Shown here in pieces: positions 57,232 through 64,000 of a DNA stretch of 64,000 bases. Within the stretch, counting starts at the first letter, position 1. Each line of letters starts with the position of its first letter. A program made the position numbers and the translations under genes. The stretch comes from Thermoleophilia bacterium (lineage in GTDB: Bacteria; Actinomycetota; Thermoleophilia; RBG-16-64-13), in assembly GCA_040768135.1 (NCBI GenBank), contig JAXGNF010000001.1:16257-80256 (forward strand), in the 5' to 3' direction. The notes beneath the pieces are model-generated. The model was given only the letters and a program-made list of their open reading frames with translations, was not told where the DNA came from and searched no databases.

Positions 57232-59556
57232 TCACAGTCTGAGTTCGATGTCCCATAGATAGTCGTGGTCTACGCGGGCGATCTCCGTCGCCAGACGGGC
57301 TCCGCAACGAGGACAGAAGAACTCTCTGAAGCACATCCTCATCATCATCTCCTCGTCGAAAGACGCATATCCAGGACCGAGGGAGTCGACGGAGTCTTGA
57401 TTCACCGTGCAGGAATCCTTGAAATTGGCGCTCCCCGGCCCGAGATCCTGGCCGCATCTGCACAGATAGCGGCTCCCGGCGGTTGTCCGAGCCAGACTCA
57501 AATTGTCGTTGATGCTTATGAGGGTGCGCCCGTTGGCACATGGGGAGTCGGTTATGGTGGCTACGTCGTCCCGTGCGGAGCGTCCGCCGATGCGTGCGAG
57601 CCTACGTGTGGCTCGTTCGGCGTGGGTCGCCTGTTCATCCACCGTACCGGCATCGTCAACGAGGGCTCCATAGACGGTGAAGGCCTGTTCTGCTGTGAGG
57701 GTGCCTTCGAAGAGATCGCGGTTGACAAGCACGGGGTCCCGGTCCAGCGGATCGCCGTAACCTGCGAAGTTAGGCAGGTTGAGCGTCCACACGGAGGTCT
57801 GGTCAAGCCGGACAGGCGTTCCCTTCCAGAAGAGCGGGATCTCTTCGCCCGATATCGCATCAAAGTCCTGCGGGATGGTCCCCGCCGACATTTGCGCGGC
57901 GACATCAGTGTCTCGCTTGAGTCGAAAGAAAGCTCGTCCTCCGGGATTGCCCCCCAGCAGCCCCTGGCATTTGGCAAAACTCTCGTTGTTGTAGACCTGC
58001 GTATCGAGGGTATCGGTGCCGTGGATTAGCCAGGCCTCTTCGGCTGCGACCCCACTCCGGTACTTACCGGCACCGGCTGCGTCTGCGCGGTTCTGCCGCC
58101 GGTACAGGGTGAGGATTGGCCATGAAGTTTCGTTGTCTTCGACATTCGACGCTTCCATGCCCGGCACCCAGTAGATGCCCCCAGTATCGATACCGTCACG
58201 ATTCGGTGAAGCGGGGACGGCTCCCGGAGCCATCCCGGAGTGCATGGCCATGAAGAACTGCCCGTGCTGGTTGATGCCGTTGAAGATCCAACCTCCGTAG
58301 GCGTGCACGTCTGCGATACCGATGGCTTTGTCCCGCAAGGGAGGGTCGGCGCACGCGACCATCTTGGCTGTCGCTCCGGTGGCGGTCGCAACCACCATGG
58401 GCATGTTGCAGACGCCTGCGCCGCTCACGGGCGCCGGATAGTCGGCACAGGTTATGGTCCCGGGGACTGGACGGAACTTGACCCGGCGGGCCACTCCACC
58501 GCAAACGCCTCCTAGATCGTAGGCGAGCATGAGGGTGAGTGGAGCAAGGACCGCCCCTACGAAGCCGGCGTAGGTGTTGTTGATCGCACCTATCTGGGGC
58601 GAGGTCCCTTCGTTATCCACATAGAGGTAGTCACCGTCTTTGACGATGTTCACCTGGCTGACGTAAATGCCTCGGTCGCCCGGCACGGCCGCTTCGGTGT
58701 AGATGCGCTCCGACCAGCGTCCATCTGGGATCATCCGGAGCTTCTCCAGAAACGCACGCTCACTGGCGTCAAGGGTTCTCTTCATGACCGCCTTCACCGT
58801 TCTTGCCCCATAACGCTCGAGGAGTCTGAGGATACGTTGCCGGGAGACGGCGAGGCCGGCAAGAGCTGCATGGAGGTCCATTGCCACCGTCGCAGGTACC
58901 CGAGATTGACGTAGGTAGAGTTGCTCCATGTCTGCCCGCAGGGTGCCGCGCTCGACAAGCTTCATGGGAGGGAAGAGCGGTGGATCTTCCCAGATGGTCC
59001 ACGAACCCAGGCAGAAGCTCCCGGGGGCCGGCCCCCCTACGTCGCTGTAGTGGACCGAGTTGGCCACCCAGCAGAAAAGCTCGTCTTCCCAGAACACGGG
59101 CGAAGTCAGTTCCGTGTCCTGCTGATGGGAGGTTCCCACATACGGATCGCTACACAGGAAGACGTCCCCATCGTCGATACCGGGATTGTCGCTGCGGTTC
59201 TCGAGGACCCACTTGGTCATGATGCCGAGCGTGTTCGCTAGGTACATGAGATAGGGCCCCATGAACATGACGTCCCCCGTCTCCGTGAGGATCGCGCACT
59301 GGAAGTCGCGGTTGATCATGGTAATGGGGGAGATGCTCAGCTTCTGAATGGTATGGCCGTTCTCCAGGTTGATGTTCTGTAGGCTGTTGCGGATTACTTC
59401 GTACGAGACGGGATCCACCACGGGCTCCTCCGCAGTCTGGAGCCGTAGCCGCGGGCTTATAGAGAGCACCTCGGGCGGGGCATAGCCACGGAGTCGTCCG
59501 TCCCAGAGGATGTCGGCTTCGCCGTGAGTGGTGTGGGATGGATCCGGGGCGCTCAT
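57232..59556 (-). CDS. Hydantoinase B/oxoprolinase family protein (acetone-carboxylase alpha-like) with a C-terminal Cys-rich (Zn-ribbon-like) tail
   Basis: 774 aa with a HyuB-type core and a C-terminal CxxC...CxxC motif. Confidence 0.75.
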   Translation of the reverse strand: MSAPDPSHTTHGEADILWDGRLRGYAPPEVLSISPRLRLQTAEEPVVDPVSYEVIRNSLQNINLENGHTIQKLSISPITMINRDFQCAILTETGDVMFMGPYLMYLANTLGIMTKWVLENRSDNPGIDDGDVFLCSDPYVGTSHQQDTELTSPVFWEDELFCWVANSVHYSDVGGPAPGSFCLGSWTIWEDPPLFPPMKLVERGTLRADMEQLYLRQSRVPATVAMDLHAALAGLAVSRQRILRLLERYGARTVKAVMKRTLDASERAFLEKLRMIPDGRWSERIYTEAAVPGDRGIYVSQVNIVKDGDYLYVDNEGTSPQIGAINNTYAGFVGAVLAPLTLMLAYDLGGVCGGVARRVKFRPVPGTITCADYPAPVSGAGVCNMPMVVATATGATAKMVACADPPLRDKAIGIADVHAYGGWIFNGINQHGQFFMAMHSGMAPGAVPASPNRDGIDTGGIYWVPGMEASNVEDNETSWPILTLYRRQNRADAAGAGKYRSGVAAEEAWLIHGTDTLDTQVYNNESFAKCQGLLGGNPGGRAFFRLKRDTDVAAQMSAGTIPQDFDAISGEEIPLFWKGTPVRLDQTSVWTLNLPNFAGYGDPLDRDPVLVNRDLFEGTLTAEQAFTVYGALVDDAGTVDEQATHAERATRRLARIGGRSARDDVATITDSPCANGRTLISINDNLSLARTTAGSRYLCRCGQDLGPGSANFKDSCTVNQDSVDSLGPGYASFDEEMMMRMCFREFFCPRCGARLATEIARVDHDYLWDIELRL

Positions 59557-61730
59557 CGGATGTACTCGCGCTGTCGAGAGTGTGTCGGTTCATGAACTGC
59601 CGCTGATTGCGCTGCGTACTTTCCCGGCTCTTCGAGTCGGAGCACGAAATTCCCGAAGGCGTCGCAGTCAAGAGTCTGTCCACCTCCTACCGCAATTGAA
59701 GTGTAGGGGAGCTCGATCACTGCGGGGCCCACGATACGATTGCCGTGACGGAGTTTCCGTCCGTCGAAGATGTCACTCGGCAGACGCTCCATTCGGTCGG
59801 GCCAGAAGATCGTGCGGGTCCCCAGATATCCGGCGGCGGCCACCGGTGTTGTCGACGCCCTCTCCAGCGCTTGTCGCGGACGTTCTAGTCTAACGAAGGC
59901 GTGGATGCGCAAGGTAATGAGTTCGACGCCCTGGGAGACCACTCCGGCTCCCTGTCCGTACAGACCGTCATATCTCTCGCGAAAGTCGTCGACAACCCGA
60001 TTGAGCTCGGCTTGAGTGAGTGTCCCGGAGGGGATGCGTACCAACAGGCTGTGCAACCACTGCCCGCTGTAACGCATGAGGCCGTAACGTTCGATCTCCA
60101 CGTTTTCGGCCCGCTCACCCATGACGCGCATCGACTCCAGCGCCTGCTCCTCGAGACCGGCAATCAGGTCGTTAAGTCCTTTCACCGGGAACGGGGCGAA
60201 GAAAAGCTGTTCCTGTTCAAGGTTGAGCACGAGGTTCGAGGTCGAGCAGCCGTAGGCTGAGAGTGTGGAGGCTCCATTGCCCAACGGGATCACAACGCTT
60301 CTGACCCCCAACTCTTGGGCGAAGGCGAACGCATGGAGCGGACCGGCCCCTCCGTAGGCGTAGACCACAAAGTCCCGCGGATCGTATCCGCGGACCACGG
60401 TCTGTTGTCGGATGAGCTCCGCCGCCCGGGCGTTGTTGATGCGGATGATACCGGCGGCTGTTTCTTCTGGCCCCAAGCCGACCTGGTTGCCGAGGTGAGC
60501 GATTGCGGCCAGGGCTGCTTCCCGGTCAAGGGGCATGCGGCCTCCCAGAAAACCTTCTGCCGAAAGCAGTCCAAGTACCAGGTCGGCGTCAGTCACAGTA
60601 GGTTCGGTACCGCCCCGCCCGTAGCAAACCGGTCCGGGAGACGCCCCCGCACTCTCCGGCCCCACTCGGATAGACCGGCTGAAGGGGTCGAGTCGAGCGA
60701 TGGTGCCTCCCCCGCACGCGATGGAGTTGGTCTCGATTCGAGGGAGTTTGTATCGGTACTGGTCGATAATGTTCTCATCGCCCACCAGGGGCTCGCCGTC
60801 AATGAGAAGGCCCACTTCAAAGGATGTGCCCCCCATGTCGGTGGCAATGATGTTCTTGTGTCCGAGCTGTCCAGCCAGTGAGAGCGACCCTATCAGTCCG
60901 CCGACTGGGCCGGAGCCCAGGGAGGTCAGTGGGATCTCGACGGCTTTGGCGGCCGGCAGCACTCCACCCGACACCTGCATGATGAGAAGAGGGTTCTTCA
61001 AACCCGAATCGCGCAAGGTGGAGGAGGCGCGACGGAAGTAGGACCGTACAGACGGGGCTATGTAACTGTTGATGACCGTTGCGACCGTGCGTTCGTATTC
61101 GCCCATCCGCGGTGCCACCCGGTGCGAGCAGCACACGTAAACGTCTGGAGCGACTCGGCGGATTATGTCCTCGGCCTGCAGTTCGTGAGCGGGGTTCTTG
61201 AACGAGAAAAGGAAGGCAACGGCGATAGCCTTCACCCCCGCTGCAACCAGGTCTTCGGCGGCCGCTTCGACTGCTGCCTCGTCAAGAGGAACGATCTCAT
61301 CCCCGCAAAAGTCGATACGCTCGTCGATCTCCCTTATGAGTGCTCGAGGGACTAAAGGACGAGGTTTTTGGGTGGCCTGCGGGTGGAACAGCATGTCCAA
61401 CTCAAGCCCTGCCGTGCGACCCGTGCCTCGCATGATGAGAATTGAGTCGCCATGACCGGCGGTGGCAAGTAGGCCGGTCTTAGCACCGTGCCGCTCGACC
61501 AAGAGGTTCGTACCAACGGTGGTCCCCAGACTGAAGCGCTCCGTGGACGCGATGAGTTCGGGGACGGTCGTGTCGCAATCCTCGGCCAGGGCGGAGAGAG
61601 CATTGAACATGCCGACTGCAAAATCATCCTTGGTGGTGGCGGCTTTGGCGTAGTATAGGTGGCCGCCCTCATCCATGGCCGTGCAGTCGGTGAAGGTACC
61701 TCCTCCGTCGACTCCGATGTAGTAACGCAA
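59553..61730 (-). CDS. Hydantoinase A/oxoprolinase family protein (acetone-carboxylase beta-like)
   Basis: 725 aa; N-terminus YIGVDGGGTFTDC typical of the HyuA/ASKHA fold; 4-nt overlap with the HyuB gene. Confidence 0.8.
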   Translation of the reverse strand: MRYYIGVDGGGTFTDCTAMDEGGHLYYAKAATTKDDFAVGMFNALSALAEDCDTTVPELIASTERFSLGTTVGTNLLVERHGAKTGLLATAGHGDSILIMRGTGRTAGLELDMLFHPQATQKPRPLVPRALIREIDERIDFCGDEIVPLDEAAVEAAAEDLVAAGVKAIAVAFLFSFKNPAHELQAEDIIRRVAPDVYVCCSHRVAPRMGEYERTVATVINSYIAPSVRSYFRRASSTLRDSGLKNPLLIMQVSGGVLPAAKAVEIPLTSLGSGPVGGLIGSLSLAGQLGHKNIIATDMGGTSFEVGLLIDGEPLVGDENIIDQYRYKLPRIETNSIACGGGTIARLDPFSRSIRVGPESAGASPGPVCYGRGGTEPTVTDADLVLGLLSAEGFLGGRMPLDREAALAAIAHLGNQVGLGPEETAAGIIRINNARAAELIRQQTVVRGYDPRDFVVYAYGGAGPLHAFAFAQELGVRSVVIPLGNGASTLSAYGCSTSNLVLNLEQEQLFFAPFPVKGLNDLIAGLEEQALESMRVMGERAENVEIERYGLMRYSGQWLHSLLVRIPSGTLTQAELNRVVDDFRERYDGLYGQGAGVVSQGVELITLRIHAFVRLERPRQALERASTTPVAAAGYLGTRTIFWPDRMERLPSDIFDGRKLRHGNRIVGPAVIELPYTSIAVGGGQTLDCDAFGNFVLRLEEPGKYAAQSAAVHEPTHSRQREYIR

Positions 61731-61750
61731 CCGCCCGGCTCCTTCGCGCG

Positions 61751-63169
61751 TCAGCTCGCGAGACTTGTTAGGTCGCGTACGTCATCCAGCGTTTCGAGCT
61801 GAGCGATGGCATCGACTAGGCGTCGGGCGTTGGCCGGAGAGATCGGGTGGCCCGCGTGGGCCAGGCAATCGTCATACTTACGTTCGATATCTGCGAACGA
61901 GAGGGGCCGCGACGGCGTACCGGTGGGTAGGTCGACCTGCTCCGTGAAGGTGATGCCGCCGGTGGTGGTAACGCTCACCCTAGCCGGTTCGATGCCCACG
62001 TCACCACGATTGAGCGTCGGGTCGATTCGCACTGTGGTCTTGGCTGTCAGCCCCAGGACATCAGGATTTTTGATGGCTTCCTCGCTGAAGTCGTCGAGGG
62101 TCGCACGACGTCGAACCAGCGCCGTCGCTACCCCCCAAATGATGCTGAACTGAGCGTCAACATAGGTTTGAGGACGGGCTTTGGTCTCAAACGGGGTGGC
62201 AAGGAGAAAATTGGTCCCCTCGCCGCATTCGATGAGGATGCTCTCGATATCGTCCGGACGGAGGTCGTTGTTGGAGGCCAGCGCGAGGCCTGCATCGATG
62301 AACGGATGAACGCCCCGGCAGCACGGGTAGGGTTTGATGGAGACATTGACGCCTTCGAACCGAGTGCCCAGCTCTCCGACCAGGATGTCGCGGGAGTACG
62401 AGCCTCCATGATAGACCTGGTACATGCCCGACCTGCCCTCGAAGGTGTTCCGTGCACCGGTGATGCCGCGTTTTGCCATGAGGGCGGAAGCTATGCCTCC
62501 CCTAACGGCCATTCCCGGGCCCATGCGTTTGGTCAGTGCTCCGTCCTTCACACACTGGCCGTTCCCCGACGACTGGTGGTAGCCAATGCCGATGGCGTTG
62601 CTGATGCCATCCTCATCCAGGCCCATAAGACGGGCGGCTACTGCACCGGCGGTCATATAGCCGAAGAGGGTGGTGAGGTGCCAGCCGTATTGGTGGATGT
62701 TTTCCCCCGGTCTGGTGGCCAGGCCCAGACGGCAGATGAAGTCGGTACCGAGGGCGATAGACGCGATGAACTCCTGACCACTCAGCCCACCTCTATAGTC
62801 GGCCATGGCCAGAGCAGTAGGGATGGTGATCACCCCTGGATGCATGATGGCGTCCTCATGAACGTCGTCAAAATCAAGAGAATGAGCCATGATGGCATTC
62901 ACTTGGGCTGCGTTTGGCGCGGGAAGCGCATCTCCCCAGCGGAGCGTACGGCTTTGCTTGGCTCCGCCCCATTCCAGCATCAGATCCCGCATCTCATCCA
63001 CCCCGGTCTCGGCGGACCCGCCGAGGGCGACCCCGAAGAAGTCCAAGACTTGGTCTTTTGTAATCTTGACTACTTCGGGAGGCAAGTCGTCATACCTGAT
63101 CCTCCAGAAGTTGGTCACGAACAACGCCGCTGCGTCGGTACCCGCGTCAGGGAGGCTGGATTGGGTCAT
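61751..63169 (-). CDS. MmgE/PrpD family protein
   Basis: 472 aa with a PrpD-like pattern. Confidence 0.7.
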   Translation of the reverse strand: MTQSSLPDAGTDAAALFVTNFWRIRYDDLPPEVVKITKDQVLDFFGVALGGSAETGVDEMRDLMLEWGGAKQSRTLRWGDALPAPNAAQVNAIMAHSLDFDDVHEDAIMHPGVITIPTALAMADYRGGLSGQEFIASIALGTDFICRLGLATRPGENIHQYGWHLTTLFGYMTAGAVAARLMGLDEDGISNAIGIGYHQSSGNGQCVKDGALTKRMGPGMAVRGGIASALMAKRGITGARNTFEGRSGMYQVYHGGSYSRDILVGELGTRFEGVNVSIKPYPCCRGVHPFIDAGLALASNNDLRPDDIESILIECGEGTNFLLATPFETKARPQTYVDAQFSIIWGVATALVRRRATLDDFSEEAIKNPDVLGLTAKTTVRIDPTLNRGDVGIEPARVSVTTTGGITFTEQVDLPTGTPSRPLSFADIERKYDDCLAHAGHPISPANARRLVDAIAQLETLDDVRDLTSLAS

Positions 63170-63204
63170 GTCCGAGGTCCTTTCTGCCCAAGAGGTAGCG
63201 TTCG

Positions 63205-64000
63205 TTAGGTCAGCAGAGGCCGCGTAGTGGAGAAATGTAGGTTGACAGCGCGTAGGAGAGGACCGAGGTCTTGGCTCATCTTGGTAGCTACTTGGACCAT
63301 CTCGAGACCGATCTCATGAGCTCGTTCGGGAGTGAACGAACCCACAGTGACCAGGCATCCGGCAACGTGTTGACCGTCAGGGATATCTACAGACTCCACA
63401 GTGAGCACGGTGCTGACGGCATTCAGCCCCGACCAGGTCGTGCCGAGGCTCACGCCGTATCCCAGCCGCCGGGCGTCTTCGACCTGTGCCCGCAAAACGT
63501 CCCGCTCGATGTGGTCACGGTCAGTCTCACCGGCCTGAAGTAACGTACTCTGAGTCAAACGCCGCTCGAACTCCTCGGGAGGGAGGGCTGCAAGATAAGC
63601 TCGCCCGTGAGCGCCCCAGGTCACGGGGTAGCGGTGCCCTACGTCGATGGCGATGTAGGAGCCACCCGGAGCGTGTCGCCGGGCGACGACAAAAAGCGTT
63701 TCCCCGGACACTGCCCCTAGATGAACACTACACCCTGTGAATGCGGCCAGTTCCTCCAGATAAGGGATCGCCGCCCTGGCTATATCTGTGGTGTTCATGA
63801 ACGCACGGCTCAGCAGGAGAATGTTTGGCCCCAGTGAGTAGTTCTTGGTGCGTTCGTCGCGGGTGACCAACCCGGCGCTGCGAAGCGTGTTCAAGATGGC
63901 AAGACCCTTGCTCTTGCTGATACCTACCTGTTTGGAAAGGTCGGTCAGCGAGGCCTCCCCACCTACGGTGTTGGCCAGTGAGAAGAGGAGGCGGATGGAC
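63205..64000 (-). CDS. IclR family transcriptional regulator (5' end runs off the window)
   Basis: HTH ...LSKQVGISKSKGLAILNTLRSAGLV... plus an IclR effector domain. The reading frame stays open to the window edge. Confidence 0.8.
   Translation of the reverse strand, partial: SIRLLFSLANTVGGEASLTDLSKQVGISKSKGLAILNTLRSAGLVTRDERTKNYSLGPNILLLSRAFMNTTDIARAAIPYLEELAAFTGCSVHLGAVSGETLFVVARRHAPGGSYIAIDVGHRYPVTWGAHGRAYLAALPPEEFERRLTQSTLLQAGETDRDHIERDVLRAQVEDARRLGYGVSLGTTWSGLNAVSTVLTVESVDIPDGQHVAGCLVTVGSFTPERAHEIGLEMVQVATKMSQDLGPLLRAVNLHFSTTRPLLT

Noticed and set aside
57164-57541. 126-codon N-terminal extension of the SDR ORF (56372..57541)
   Set aside because: The extension is Arg/His-rich and non-protein-like. 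A conserved SDR start (MLLKDRVAIVTGG) with an AGGAGA RBS sits at 57163.
62168-63208. 346-aa plus-strand ORF opposite the PrpD/MmgE gene
   Set aside because: Antisense shadow ORF. The PrpD frame is the conserved one.
1-64000. CRISPR arrays, IS elements, integrases, defence systems
   Set aside because: I saw no regularly spaced direct repeats, transposase or integrase-like ORFs, or nuclease/helicase/methylase genes. The only repeats are the intragenic linker repeats.

Overview
High-GC (~60%+) bacterial chromosomal window from an anaerobe. From ~15.5 kb to the window end almost every gene is on the minus strand and tightly packed, with many 1-23 nt start/stop overlaps. I found no rRNA, tRNA, CRISPR or obvious mobile element. 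The first ~15 kb holds housekeeping and transport genes: a lipoprotein-type MsrA whose catalytic Cys codon is an in-frame TGA (candidate selenoprotein), a DedA membrane protein, a Liv-type ABC transporter, GntR and PK_C-like genes, an acyl-CoA ligase, EamA and MFS transporters, and a TRAP transporter in DctP-M-Q order. The rest is an accessory, catabolic-looking supercluster. Its core is a ~15 kb co-directional operon (38258 down to 23140): a glycyl radical enzyme (GRE) with its Fe-S-insert activase, a glutamate-mutase sigma subunit (GlmS) and the MutL/GlmL-type ATPase, two tandem cupin paralogs, two tandem NTF2-like paralogs, a 2-enoate-reductase-type flavoprotein, two tungsten-type aldehyde:ferredoxin oxidoreductases (AOR) and two SDRs. 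MoaD/ThiS-like beta-grasp genes sit at both ends of this operon. The matching glutamate-mutase E subunit (GlmE) lies 18 kb away beside a third AOR, an SDR, a hydantoinase A/B pair, a PrpD/MmgE protein and an IclR regulator. A further operon joins a GcvT-family folate-binding protein to a divergent NuoF-like protein, a HydA-N-terminus/GltD fusion flavoprotein and a fumarate-reductase-type FAD enzyme. A second Liv-type ABC system, an aldo/keto reductase, an ABM-fold protein, a second enoate reductase and a URO-D-family protein complete the island. The substrate is not identifiable from sequence. The GRE operon with its embedded B12-mutase parts, the split mutase, and the candidate exported Sec-MsrA are the most noteworthy elements. 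All family assignments rest on recognised motifs, not database searches.
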